Shown piece after piece: positions 34,322-47,198 of a stretch of DNA of 64,000 bases. A program made the position numbers and the translations under genes. The notes beneath the pieces are model-generated. The model searched no databases, was not told the origin of the DNA, and worked only from the letters and a program-made list of their open reading frames with translations. This DNA comes from Dictyostelium discoideum (lineage: Eukaryota), in assembly GCA_000004695.1 (NCBI GenBank), contig CM000150.2, forward strand, positions 1,824,001 to 1,888,000. Direction: 5' to 3'. Every line of letters begins with the position of its first letter. The stretch's first letter is position 1.

Positions 34322-36328
34322 TTAAGCAACTTCACCAACAACAACAGTAGTTTCAGATGGCTTAACTTCTTCTGATTGAGTGGTTGGTTTGATTTCTTCA
34401 GTTGATTTAACTTCTTCTGATGAAGTTGTTGTGGTAGTGGTGGTGGTGTTTGATTCAACTGGTTTAACTTCTTCTGATGATTTGCCTTCCTCTTTTGATG
34501 ATTCGGCTTCCTCTTTTGATGGTTTGGCTTCCTCTTCTGATGGTTTAACTTCCTCTGATGGTTTAGCTTCTTCTGATGGTTTAACTTCTTCTGATGGTTT
34601 GACTTCTTCTGATGGTTTGACTTCTTCTGATGGTTTAACTTCTTCTGATGGTTTAACTTCTTCTGATGGTTTAACTTCTTCAGTAGTAGTGGTGGTAGTT
34701 GTAGTTGTTGTTGTTTTAGATTTTGATTCTTTAACTGGTTTTGATTCTTTAACTGGTTTAGCTTCAATGAAATTAAGGAATTGAGCAAAATCTTTTTTAA
34801 TACTAAGTGGGAAAACTACTTTTCTAACGAACCATGGAATAGTTTTATTCAAATTATCACTCATATCTTTATTTTGTGGAAGTTTAGCAGCATCAAGCAT
34901 AGCACCTAAACCAAACTTTGCTGATGATTCAGATTTCATTACTTTATGAATGGTATCACCAAGTTTAATTTGATCAGCTTTTGGAATTTGAACTGCAGTT
35001 GGTAAGATTAAACGTTCTTCATCGAAAAAGTGAATATAGATAATATCGATTTGTTCATTGAGATTAGTTTGTAATTTACCGAAAATTTCAGACCAACCCT
35101 CAGAGATGCTGTCTTTCAATTCGACATTGTCAGTGATTGATTTAACCAATTCTTCCAATTGTTTATTCTTTTCAATCCAATCGTGATGTTGAGTATCCAT
35201 AAGAGCTAAATGTTCAGCTACTTCTGGTTTCTTTTCTTTTAACCATGACCAGACAATGCTATCCTCATGACCATGATGATGATGGAGGAATTCATGAACT
35301 GATGAAACTGACTTAACCATTTCGACAACCTCTGCTCTTGATTTTGGTTCAAAGGTTTTCAATCTTTTTATTAATAAATTATAACAATGTTTAAGTGCTA
35401 CATGAGTCCAAAGCCAACCTCCCATCCAGAAATTTGTCTTTCCTTCATTCTTAAAGAATACTGAAAGATCATTTTCATCACGTCCATCTTCATTTTTAAT
35501 TGTTGTTAATACAATTGGTTCAACATTAACTTCTTCTGTTGCCTTTGTTTCTTTTGTTGATTCTTCAACTGGTTTTACTTCTTCTGATGATTTGACTTCT
35601 TCAGTTGGTTTTACTTCTTCAGTTGGTTTTACTTCTTCAGTTGGTTTGACTTCTTCAGTTGGTTTTGCTTCTTCAACTGGTTTGACTTCTTCAACTGGTT
35701 TGACCTCTTCGACTGGTTTGACTTCTTCAGCTTGTTTTACTTCTTCGACTGGTTTTACTTCTTCGACTGGTTTTACTTCTTCGACTGGCTTTACTTCTTC
35801 AGTTGGTTTAACTTCTTCGACTGGTTTTGCTTCTTCAACTGGTTTGACTTCTTCGACTGGTTTGACTTCTTCAACTGGTTTAACTTCTTCAACTGGTTTG
35901 ACTTCTTCAGTTGGTTTGACTTCTTCGACTTGCTTAACTTCTTCGACTTGTTTGACTTCTTCGACTTGTTTAACTTCCTCAGTTGGTTTGACTTCTTCGT
36001 CTTGTTTGACTTCTTCGACTGGTTTTACTTCTTCAGTTGGTTTGACTTCTTCAACTGGTTTGACTTCTTCGACTGGTTTGACTTCTTCAACTGGTTTAAC
36101 TTCTTCAACTGGTTTTACTTCTTCGATTGGTTTTACTTCTTCGACTGGTTTTACCTCTTCAGTTGGTTTGGTTTCTTCAACAGAGACTGATGTGGCTTCA
36201 ACTTTAATTTCTTCTGATGGTTGTTCAAGTTTTTCGTCTTCAATTGGTAAAGTATTTTCTACTTTAACTTCTTCGACTTTAGTTTCCTCTGAAACATTAG
36301 TTGGTGTTTCTAAATTGTTATCGCTCAT
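34322..36328 (-). CDS. Hemerythrin-like (HHE cation-binding) domain protein. The domain is flanked by an N-terminal array of ~30 EEVKP(V/T) hexapeptides and a C-terminal array of ~9 EEVKPS hexapeptides.
   Basis: It is a single 668-aa ORF. The central region WTHVALKHCYNLLIKRL...VHEFLHHHHGHEDSIVWSWL...HLALMDTQHHDWIEKN...IIYIHFFDEERLILP has His/Glu spacing typical of hemerythrin-like four-helix metal sites. The 18-nt DNA repeats GAAGAAGTTAAACCAGTT and variants are visible at 35560-36180 and 34470-34690. Confidence 0.55.
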   Translation of the reverse strand: MSDNNLETPTNVSEETKVEEVKVENTLPIEDEKLEQPSEEIKVEATSVSVEETKPTEEVKPVEEVKPIEEVKPVEEVKPVEEVKPVEEVKPVEEVKPTEEVKPVEEVKQDEEVKPTEEVKQVEEVKQVEEVKQVEEVKPTEEVKPVEEVKPVEEVKPVEEVKPVEEAKPVEEVKPTEEVKPVEEVKPVEEVKPVEEVKQAEEVKPVEEVKPVEEVKPVEEAKPTEEVKPTEEVKPTEEVKPTEEVKSSEEVKPVEESTKETKATEEVNVEPIVLTTIKNEDGRDENDLSVFFKNEGKTNFWMGGWLWTHVALKHCYNLLIKRLKTFEPKSRAEVVEMVKSVSSVHEFLHHHHGHEDSIVWSWLKEKKPEVAEHLALMDTQHHDWIEKNKQLEELVKSITDNVELKDSISEGWSEIFGKLQTNLNEQIDIIYIHFFDEERLILPTAVQIPKADQIKLGDTIHKVMKSESSAKFGLGAMLDAAKLPQNKDMSDNLNKTIPWFVRKVVFPLSIKKDFAQFLNFIEAKPVKESKPVKESKSKTTTTTTTTTTTEEVKPSEEVKPSEEVKPSEEVKPSEEVKPSEEVKPSEEAKPSEEVKPSEEEAKPSKEEAESSKEEGKSSEEVKPVESNTTTTTTTTSSEEVKSTEEIKPTTQSEEVKPSETTVVVGEVA

Positions 36329-37699
36329 TATTTTTGTACGAGAAAAATTATTTTAATGGTATTAAAAAAAAATTATGTTTTTTGTTTTTTTGTTTTTGGT
36401 TTTTTGTTTTTTGTTTTTGTTTTTGTTTTTTTTTTTTTTTTTTTTTTTTTTTTATTATTAGGGGTGTGAAAAAAAAAAAAAAAAATTTATGTTTACAAAT
36501 GTTTATATATAAAAATAATTATTTATAAATGTGGTGGTTGTGGTGTTTAAAATGAAATGAACAAAAAAAAAAAAAAAAAAAAAAAAAATCATTGACGTTG
36601 GAATTGTTTATTCCAATGATTTCATTTTTTTTTTATTTTTTATTATTTTTTTTTTTTTTTTTTTTTTCGGCAATTAACGCCATGGATTTATTTGAAAAAA
36701 AATTAAAACAAAAATAAATTTTCAAAAAATAAAATTGATTGGTTTTTATAATAAAATAAATAAAGAAGATTTATCATTAAAAAAAAAAAAAATTAAAATT
36801 ATAAAAAATTAAAAAAATAAAAATAAAAATATAAAAAGAAATAAAATTTAAACATTGAGAATTATCTGACAAGTGTAAACAATTTAAACTCATACCAAAA
36901 ATAAAAGATACTAATAATCAAATGATCATTTAATTATTATTATTATTATTATTATTTAATTTCATATTATTTTTTAAAATTATAATAGTTTTAATTTTTT
37001 CATTATTTTTTTTTTATTTTTTTTTTTAATCACTTTTTGGCATTCAATTATTTATTAAATAATTGATTACATATTAACTTTTTATTTTTATTTTTATTTT
37101 CATTCCGTTTTTGTTTTTTCATTTTTTTTTTCATTTTTTTTTATGATTTTTCTTTTTTTTTTTTGGATTTTTTTTTTGGATTTTTTTTTAGATTTTTTTT
37201 TAAAAGAAAAAGAATTATGTGTTATATTTTTATATAATTTATTAAATCTAGTTTACGCTTATTATTATTATTATTATTATTATTTTTATTATTTTTTTTT
37301 TTTTAAAGGAAAACTTAGAAAAAAAAAAAAAAAAAAAAATATAGTTAATTTTAGACGTTAGTCGTGTGGCAAAAAAATATTAAAATAACTATAAAAAAAA
37401 AAAAATTAAAAAAAATTAAAAAAAAAAAAAAAAAATTAAAAAAAACAAAAATTAAACAGGAATTTGAAATACTGGGGACCTTTTTCCTGTTTAATTTTTC
37501 ATTTTTTGACAACTAAACAATGATTTTCCACTTTATATTTTTTTATTATTTTTTTTCTTTTTTTTTTTTTTTTTTATTTTTTATTTTTTATTTTTTTTTT
37601 CTTTCTCCATACAGAAATCGAATTTTTTTTTTTAAAAGGAATACTAACAACAATATAAATTAATAATCAGTTAATTAATATTAATTGAAAATATATTAT

Positions 37700-37730
<31 letters not shown>

Positions 37731-37998
37731 CTAAAAACTTTAAAAATAATCAATTACAATAAAAAATTAAATAATAAATAAATAAAAAATTAAATAATAA
37801 ATAAATAATAAATAAATAATATTTAAAATAAAATAAAAATATAAATATAGGCTAATAATTAATAAATAAATAAATAAATAAATAATAAATAAATAATAAA
37901 TAAATAATAAATAATAAATAAATAATTAAATAAATATAATAATATAATATAATATTAAATACAGAAAAAAAAAAAAAAAAAAAAAAAAATATATAAAA

Positions 37999-39226
37999 AT
38001 GAAATCTTTTACATACATTTCATTTTTAATTTGTATATTATTCATTTTTATAAATATTGGACATGGTCAAATTTGGGAAGGTCCAAATCAAGAGTTGGGT
38101 ACATATTTTAGTTATGATAAAATGCAAGATCTTAATTATGATGTAACAAATTGGACTGTAAAAACAACAGATCACGATAGAACATATAATAGGTAAATAT
38201 TAAATAACAATTTTAATTTAACAATAACAATTTAAAAAATAATATATTAATTTCTTTATTTTTTATTTTTTATTTATAGATATGATTATTCATTTTTAAG
38301 ACTTCACCTTCGTAATACAAAATTTTTTTTTCATGGTTATATAGATGTTCATCCAAGAGTCGATGAGTTTACAACAGTTAAATTCTTAAAAAGTAAATAT
38401 TATTTCTATTTTCTATATATTTATTTTATATAAGTTAATATTAATTAAAATTTTTTTATTTTTTTATTTATTTATTTTTAGCTGGTTTTATTTATGATAA
38501 GATTAATCCAGATTATAATGGTACAGTTATGGATAGAGATAATATGTATACTCTTTCAGGTGAACTTATTGGTCTTAAAAATGTAACAACCTATACACAT
38601 CAATGGGTAAATGTTAGTAGACCATGTTGGGTAAATGGTACAAGAGCAATCAATTCACAATGTAATGGTACAACAATCGATATGAAGCCAATGAGAAATT
38701 GGTATGTTAAAGAATTACAACGTTTTAAAACTGTAAAACAAGAACCAATTCAATTACCAGAAAAGAAACTTACTGACAAAAACTCTGAAACTTTTGTATC
38801 AACTTTTGTAATCGTTATACAATTGGATGATGGTAAAATTGTTGATGCCACGTGGGATGGTGATAGGTTGCCCGAAGTCTGTAAAAAATGTGATGCTTGT
38901 ATTGATAATCAGTGTGGTGTTTATTGGGAAGATATGCCATGTGACCAATATAATGGTTGTATTTTAAAAATTATTGTTGCATGGGCTGGTAGAGATGCTT
39001 CTGGTACTAATTGTCGTTCAATTAATAGAGTAATTATTAAAATTTTATTAAAAAAAAAAAAAAAAAAAAAAACAAAAACTAATTTATAAATTTATAAATT
39101 TTATTTCAATAGATTCCATCAAATTTCCAAAGATACTCAGCAACTCCATACAAAAACATTGGTCGTAACTTTTTCGACGATTTTATGTACCGTGCTACCT
39201 ATGGCAAAGATCCAAATATTGCTTAA
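37999..39226 (+). CDS. Secreted cysteine-rich protein with a signal peptide and 4 exons: join(37999..38192, 38280..38392, 38482..39029, 39113..39226).
   Basis: The N-terminus MKSFTYISFLICILFIFINIGHG is a signal peptide. Donors are GTAAAT, GTAAAT and GTAATT. Acceptors are TTTATAG, TTTTTAG and TTTCAATAG. All junctions keep the frame. The mature part has 12 Cys (CWVNGTRAINSQCNGT..., CKKCDACIDNQCGVYWEDMPCDQYNGC) and several N-glycosylation sequons. Confidence 0.6.
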
Positions 39227-39434
39227 ACCTATCTTTTAATTATTATAATAAAAAATATTTATATTTATTCAAAATTAATTTCAACAATTACTTTAAATTT
39301 TAATTATTATTTTGCAAATTAAATTAAATGATACAATACATTACAAATTAATTTTATTAGGTTTTATAAATTTAATATTCTTGAATTTAAAATTATATAT
39401 ATAAACTACTATCATAAAAAGAAAATTCAAAAAT

Positions 39435-39506
39435 GGCTCCATAGCATAGTGGTATTGCGCTTCCCTAGTAAGGAAGAGGTCATGAGTTCGATCCTCATTG
39501 GAGCCT
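39435..39506 (+). tRNA. tRNA-Thr (anticodon AGU). No intron.
   Basis: Acceptor stem GGCTCCA/TGGAGCC. D-arm GCAT-AGTGGTAT-TGCG. Anticodon stem CTTCC/GGAAG with loop CTAGTAA (anticodon AGT). T-arm ATGAG-TTCGATC-CTCAT. 72 nt plus discriminator T. Confidence 0.9.
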
Positions 39507-39535
39507 TTTAAAATTCGATCAGGAATAGACCAAAG

Positions 39536-39749
39536 GATCGATTCTCATGCATGGATTCTCATGCATGGATTCTCATGCATGGATTCTCATGCATGGATTC
39601 TCATGCATGGATTATCATGCATGGATTCTCATGCATGGATTCTCATGCATGGATTCTCATGCATGGATTATCATGCATGGATTCTCATGCATGGATTCTC
39701 ATGCATGGATTCTCATGCATGGATTCTCATGCATGGATTCTCATGTGCG
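39536..39749. repeat. Tandem minisatellite of ~14 copies of the 15-mer GGATTCTCATGCATG. Two copies carry a C>A variant (GGATTATCATGCATG). It begins 30 bp downstream of the tRNA-Thr.
   Basis: Read directly. Each unit contains the palindrome ATGCAT/CATGCATG. The three overlapping plus-strand ORFs 39498..39788 in the track are artefacts of this repeat. Confidence 0.9.
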
Positions 39750-39916
39750 ATTATTTTTATCAATTCACATCTAGAAAAACCTAAATGAAACTAAAAAAAA
39801 TGTTTGATGAACAGTAAAAAGACATTTTCTTTTTAATTTTTTTTTAATATTTACAATTGTTTTTTATTTTCTTATTATTTTTTTTTTTTTTTTTTTTTTT
39901 ATTTAAAATTTAATTA

Positions 39917-40948
39917 TTAAATAATTTCACTGATACTTTCAAAGAAAGAAATATTTGGGAAGGTAATATTATGAGCCATTAGACATGATTGGTCAATTAT
40001 AAAAGAATTAATATCAGTGCCTTCTTGTTCAATTAATTTTGTTGGTCGGGGGCTTGATAAAATGGCACCATCATCGAATCTTACACCAATGTATAAATCA
40101 ATTGTTGAAATTTTTATTTTGCAAGATTCATTTTTATTTAAATAAAATGTTTCTGATGTTCCATTTGTTAATAGAATAATTTCATGTTCAGTTTTATTTA
40201 CCAATTCAAACTGTTTTTTTGGTGATGATATTAATTTCATAGATTTTGAAAATCTTAAAATTGGTTTATTCTTATAATTATTATTATTATTATTTTTAAA
40301 ATTAAAAAAGAAATTAGTTAATATTTTTTTATATTAAATAAATATTTATATATGATTAAAATTATACAATACAATTATAAATGGATGATGTAATAAAGTT
40401 TGTGCATCTAATCTATCAGATAAATTAGTTGCTAAACAACTATGTAAGAAATCAAATTGTTCAGTTGGTAAATCATCAGGAATATTATTTAAAGATTTAT
40501 CTATCATTTTTAATAAAATAAAACCAAAACTCCAAATATCGGATTTATGAGTAAAATTATTTGATTTTAAAACTTCAGGTGATTGATAATCTTGATTTAA
40601 AAAATTAGTTTTTGTAACACCAAAATCAATTATTTTAATTGTAAGAGTTTCTGGAAAAATAATGACATTTGAACAATTTAAATCTCTATGTACAATTTGA
40701 TGATTATCCATAAAACGTAAAGCTAATAAAATTTGTTCACAAATTTCTCTAATAACTTCTTGTGAGAAAAAATTATTATTATCAAATTTATCAATTGAAA
40801 TTCCACCATTAATTGATTCCTGATAAATTATAACATTTTTTTCACTTTTTTTTTCATCAATATCATAGTGTTTTATAATTGATGGATGATTTAATTTTTT
40901 TAATTTATAAATTTCATTTTCATTCTAATTTTGTTAAATAAAAAAATA

Positions 40949-40979
<31 letters not shown>

Positions 40980-41086
40980 TATTTGGAATGAAAAACAATT
41001 TATTTTAAATTCCATTGTGTAAATAAAAAAAAACTTACATTATAATTTAATTTATTAATTTTTCTAATATCACATTCGATATCCAT
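39917..41086 (-). CDS. Ser/Thr protein kinase, 3 exons: join(41039..41086, 40373..40924, 39917..40270). The catalytic domain is in exon 2 and a C-terminal extension in exon 3.
   Basis: Exon 1 is [16 protein letters not shown]|GTAAGT. Exon 2 is [26 protein letters not shown]...[13 protein letters not shown]...IIDFGVTK...SPEVL...[13 protein letters not shown] (subdomains VIb, VII, VIII, IX). The phase-0 GTATTG donor at 40372 and the TATAAG acceptor at 40271-40272 join it to ...[16 protein letters not shown].... The frame is kept. Confidence 0.65.
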
Positions 41087-42296
41087 TTTTTTATTATTAT
41101 CTATTATTTATTATTTATTGATTGTTCTCTTTGTTACTACTATAATTTTTATTTTATAATAGTTTTTTTTTTTTTTTTTTTTTTGTAAATAATAATTTTT
41201 AAATATTGAAAAGACACAAAATTATTATATAATAAAATTGAATATCAATTATTTTTTTTTTTTTTTTTTTTTAAAAAAAAATAATTAAATAATAAAAAAA
41301 ATAATAATAATTTATATAAAAAAATAATAATTTAAATAATTTTTTTTTTTTTTTTTTTAATTATCAAAAGATAAATTTTTAATTGAGGATCCTGTATATC
41401 GTATAGATTATATACAACACCACACAGTTAACACATATAAAAATAAACACATATTAATAACCAATACATAGTCTCAACACACACTTTTTTTTTTTTGCTT
41501 GTGTGGTTCCTATAATTTTTTCTTTCAAAAACAAAAAAAAAACAAAACAAAATCAAATTGGGGGTCACATGAATTGAAATTATTTATTTATAATTAAAAT
41601 ATTTTTTATTACTAATTGTTTTTTTTTTTTTTTTGAATTATTTTTTTTGAATACCAAGACATCAAAAATTTTATATCACTATTTTTACAATTATTATTAT
41701 TTTTTTTTTATTTATTAATTATTATTTTTTTTTTTTTATTTTTTTTTTTTTTTTTTGTGGGTGTGTTATTTGTGTATTGTATAAAATTTTACTGAATTAT
41801 TTTTGTGTTTGATTTTAGTTCAACGAATATGAAAATGTTTAAAAATAAATCGTATATGGGAACATGATGATGTTATATTTTTACATTATGATAATTAAAT
41901 AATCAAAAAAAAAAAAAAAAACAAATATAAAAATAAAAAAACACTTCTTTCCAATTTAGGAATATATCTTGATCCAATAAATGTAACAATATTATTTAAA
42001 TAAATTATTTGATTAATATGTATAATTATAATAATATTAAAAAAATAAATGTCCAATTTTTTTTTTTTATTTTATCATTGTTTAAAAAAATTAATGATTC
42101 TTAAATAATAGAGTTTTCCTCAATAATTAATTATAAAAAAAAAAAAAAAAATTCTTAATATTATTTGAATGTGAATGATATAAAATATATTAAAAAAAAA
42201 TATATATATATTTAATTATAACCAACAAATTTTTTTTTTTTTTGAACTACAAAGAATTCTTTTAATATATAGTTTATTATTTTCTTCTTTATTTTC

Positions 42297-42476
42297 TTAC
42301 TCTTCACTAAAACTTAAAAATTCATCTTCTTCACTTAAACTATAATCATTATCTTCTAAAACAGTATTATCTTCACCCTCTTTATTTATTTTCTTGATTC
42401 TATTACATTCACTCTCACTATAATAATTTTCTTTGTCTTCATGCTCACCCTTGTCACCATCATCTTCATCATCATC

Positions 42477-42521
<45 letters not shown>

Positions 42522-45500
42522 TTCATCCTCGTCTTCGTCTTCGTCCTCATCTTCATCATCATATTCATCTTCAGAATCTGAATGAGGTTGAATTAATCCA
42601 TTTGGATTTAAATAGTCATATTCTTGAATTTGTTGTTCTAAAACACTGATACCTTTGGAATCAATTGAGACCATTGAGTTTATTGAATGAACATATTGAC
42701 AAAATGGACCCCAAGTTCTATCTTTTTTTAAGAGTTTAGAATTACCAATTACAAATAATCCAAATTTAGCTCTTGTGAGTGCGACATTAATACGTCTACG
42801 ATCAGAAAGGAAACCAATTCTTTCGCTTCTTACACACGATAAAATTATGATATCTTTTTCTGAACCTTGAAAACCATCAATTGTTGATGTTTCAATATTT
42901 AATGGATAATTAAACTGTTTATGTTGTTCTTTGATTTCACTCTTTTGTAATTTATATGGCGTAATAATACCAAATGAGAACTTTTTACATTCTGGATAAT
43001 CTTGAACTAACTTTTTAATCAATGTGAATACCATTGTGATTTCTAATTTATTCTTTAATGATCTTTTACCACTTTCTTCTTTTGAATCAATAACATCATA
43101 GAATCTAATTGGACCATATTTGATATCTGAATGGAAATTATGTTGATTGTATACTAATGACTTTACATTATCACCATCTAATAATCTGTCTCTATAGAAT
43201 TGATTTGATGGGAATCTTGAAATTGTTGGATGCATACGATATTGAACATGTAACATTTCAACTGGTAATACTTTTGATAATCTTTCGAATAATGATATAT
43301 TTAAACCATTTTCTGCACTTTCTGTAGAGAAGATAGTTGGTGGTAATTGTAATGGATCACCAACGAGAATTAACTTTTCAATATTACCAATACATAATGG
43401 AATTATTGATGATGGTTCAGTTGATTGAGTTGATTCATCTACTAATATAATATCTGCTCTAAAGTTGTTCTTAACAGTTTCAGAACCACTTCCAGATAGA
43501 GTTGAGAAAACAATGGATGCTCTATAGATACTATCAGATTTCTCACGTTGAGTTTTATTGAAAATTGAAATACTATGACAATCTGGTGATATATTTTCCT
43601 TTTTACCAATACGTACCATATTTGGTAAATAAGGTTTACCATCTAAACCTATTAATTTCTTTTTTGAACATCTCTTTGCAATTTCATCTACTGATGCATG
43701 TGATGGACCACATACTAATATCTTGAATTCTGGATTAATTGCTAATAAAATTGAAAGTAAATAATAAATTGTTGTAGTTTTACCAGTACCTGGTGGACCT
43801 TGAATTAATGTAATACCTTTTGTTGATAATGATGTTTCAATTGAATTAAATTGTGATGTATTCAATTCTTGAATACACATGGATCTCAACAATGATGGAA
43901 TAGCCATTCTCTTTGAGGATAGTATATCGTGGTCTTTTCTTGATGGTTGTAAAATTTGATCAAATAGTATTCCAGAATTTCTAAAATCTTTTATTGCATT
44001 CAACTCTCTAATGAATGTAATGCAATTTGAAACTTTTATAAAGTATAACTTTTCTTTTATAGTATTGGAATCTTTCAAATAGTTTTTATGATTGAATGAA
44101 ATTGAATCAAACATTTCTATTATAGGATCCATTGAATCTGATGAATGAAATTTACATTTTACAATTTGTGTATTCTCTTCTAAATCAACATTTGAACAAT
44201 TGAGTACTAAACCCATTGCAAACATTGGTTCATTGGTATTATCAAATACTTTAAAAAGTAAAACATCATTATAAAATAATTCTTGGGACCCATCATTTAC
44301 ATCAATTTCAAACTTCATAATTGAATAGTCGGATATCTCTTTAAATGAGTGAATTGTTGGTCCATCAATCATCTTAATTTTATCTAAACCTATTAATGTA
44401 CCATCTTTTTCTGATATTGAAACACCTTCAATTTCATCAAATTCACCTGCAAGTTGTTTCCTATATTCCTCCACTATCAAAGGTTTCATTAAATCCATAT
44501 ATTCTTCATGATTTGAGTAACTTGATTTCAAATTTCTAATACTATTCACCTGTATTAATGGAATTCTTTCTGGACTAATCTTTAAAAATATTGATAATAT
44601 TTCGTAAGGACTCTTTAAAAAAACACTAACTAATTCACGAATTAATACAATTTTTAAAAAATTTTCATTATTATTATAATTGTTTTTATTATTATTATTA
44701 TTAAATTTATTATTTGATTTGGTTGTTGTTGTTGTAGTAGTTGTTGGTGTTGTTGTTGGTGTTGGAGTTGGTGTTGATGATGAGTTTATTAAAACCTTTT
44801 CATTTTTAATTAATTGATAAATTTCATTAAATAACAATTTTGAAATTAAGGTTAACCTTTCAGAGTTTAATAATTTAAAAGTTGGAATTTTAATAGCGGA
44901 ACGATTAATTTTTGTTTTAGATTTAAATTTTTTGATAAAACCATCAGAGAATTTACCTCTAATTAAATCTAAAAAGTTTAATTTAGTTTCATTATTTCTC
45001 TCTAATTCTAATTTCAATTGATCTGAATTTATGGGTCTAAAAGTTTTTGTTTTTTCTTTTAACTCTGAAATTTGTGAGAAATGGTTGAATTCTATCATTA
45101 CCATTAATGATAATGATTTTTGATAAATTGAATCAATATTTTCAGTATTTATATTATTTCTTTGAACCATTGAAATATCGTGTATTAATCTAATTTTTAA
45201 AACTTGAATATGCATATTAAATTGATTTTTGTTCTCATCAATTATTTTCTTTACTTGTTCTAATGATGGTTGATAAGATGGATTCAATTTTGATAATGTA
45301 TCCAATTTTCTAAAAATTAAATCTGCACTATTTGAATCTTCAAATATTAAATTTAATAAACTACGTTTCAATGGTTGGTTTATATCAAAAGTGGATGAAC
45401 CACTTTGAGGTGTTGTTGTTGTATGAGTGGTTGCGGTTGTGGTGGTTGTGGTAGGTGAAAGTGAATCTGGTTCAATCACTGATTTAGTTGAGGCAATTTT

Positions 45501-47103
45501 TTGTGGTATTTGTTTTATTGTTGGTTGGGCCTCGTTTGGTTTACCTGGATTTATTGGAGCTGGTAATGACGGTAAAGTTGTTGTTGTAGGAGTGGTTGTG
45601 GTTGTGGTTGTAGTTGTGGTTGTGGTTGTGGTTGTGGTAGGAGAAAGTGAATCCGGTTCAATCACTGATTTAGTTGAGGCAATTGTTTGTGGTATTTGTT
45701 TTATTGTTGGTTGGGCCTCATTTGGTTTACCTGGATTTATTGGAGCTGATAATGATGGTAAACTTGTTGTTGTTGTTGTTGTTGTCGGAGTGGTTGTGGT
45801 GGTGGGTCTTATTGAAGTTGTTGTGTTTGTGGTGGTTATGGTAGGTGAAAGTGAATCGGATCCAATCACTGATTTAGTTGAGGCAACTGTTTGTGGTATT
45901 TGTTTTATTGTTGGCTTGGCTTCATTTGATCTACCTTGATTTATTGGAGCTGAGAATAATGGTAAACTTGTTGCTGTCGTCGACGTTGTTGTTGTTGTTG
46001 TTGTTTTTGTTGTTTTTGGTGCATTTGAATAGATAGTATACTTTTCTGATAAAGATTTTCCTTTTCCTATTAGCTTCATACATTTTTCAAATGATTCACA
46101 AATTTTGATAAAATTTGAATCAATTAAACCATCTAAATACTCTGTAAATCTTAAATCATTGATACGATAATTTTTATTCTTTAAAACTGTTCTAAATTCA
46201 ATTAATTCTTTTTTTAATTTACTTGGAAAAATACATTTTTCAATATCTAAAAACGATATTGGCATTTCAAATTGTACAGAAGTTTCTATTTCAATTCTAC
46301 CTCTAATTTTTTGTATTCTATTTGATGTTAATCTTTTAAAAAAAAAACTAAACTCGATTAAAAAATTTAAATTACTATAATCACTATATAATTGATATAT
46401 ATTTCTTTTAATTATATCATCTTCATCTTCATCTTCACCTTCATCTTCATCTTCATCTTCATCTTTATTATTATTATTATTATTATAATATAATAAATCA
46501 TTTCTTTGAAAAAATGTAGGAAATTTAGAAGAGACATGAATTGAAGCTGTATATTTGACATTGTTGATTTTACGTAATAAAAAGAATTTTGATGAGGATT
46601 TAAGTAATACTTCTTGAATTTTACTTTGAAAAGTTGGAAAATAATTTTCAATATCCTCTAAACTATCTATTAATATTGATGAGTTTATAGTTTCAGTGGT
46701 AATTTGAGGTGTTGGTGATAAATTAATTGTTTCATTTAATTGAGTTAATAATACTCCAAGTTTTGGGTAAAGTGATTTTATATAATTTGAAACTGTTTGA
46801 TTTGGAAGAGGCAATGAGAAATCTGGAATCATATATGATTCTGTTTTATTTGTAGGAGTGAAAATATATGGTTTTGAAATTAAATTTGGATCAAAAGTAC
46901 CAATTTTTTTAAATTTTATTGAAATTCCACTTGATTTTAAATGATTTTTAAAGTCATTTATAGAATTTTTTTTTGAACTTTTTGTTTGTGAAAAATGATT
47001 CTTTAATAAATGTATTTGATAATGTACATTAAATTTTATAATGGTTTGAAATTTGATAAATTTATTAAAAAAATCACTTGATAAAATTAAATGCTCACTA
47101 ACT

Positions 47104-47198
<95 letters not shown>

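Noticed and set aside
39536-39749. Possible CRISPR-like array (regularly spaced identical 15-mers)
   Set aside because: There are no unique spacers, since the units are directly adjacent. The context is eukaryotic AT-rich nuclear DNA with spliced genes. It is a minisatellite.
39498-39788. Three overlapping plus-strand ORFs of 75-96 aa (MHGFSCMDSHAWIL...)
   Set aside because: They are pure artefacts of translating the 15-bp tandem repeat in three frames.
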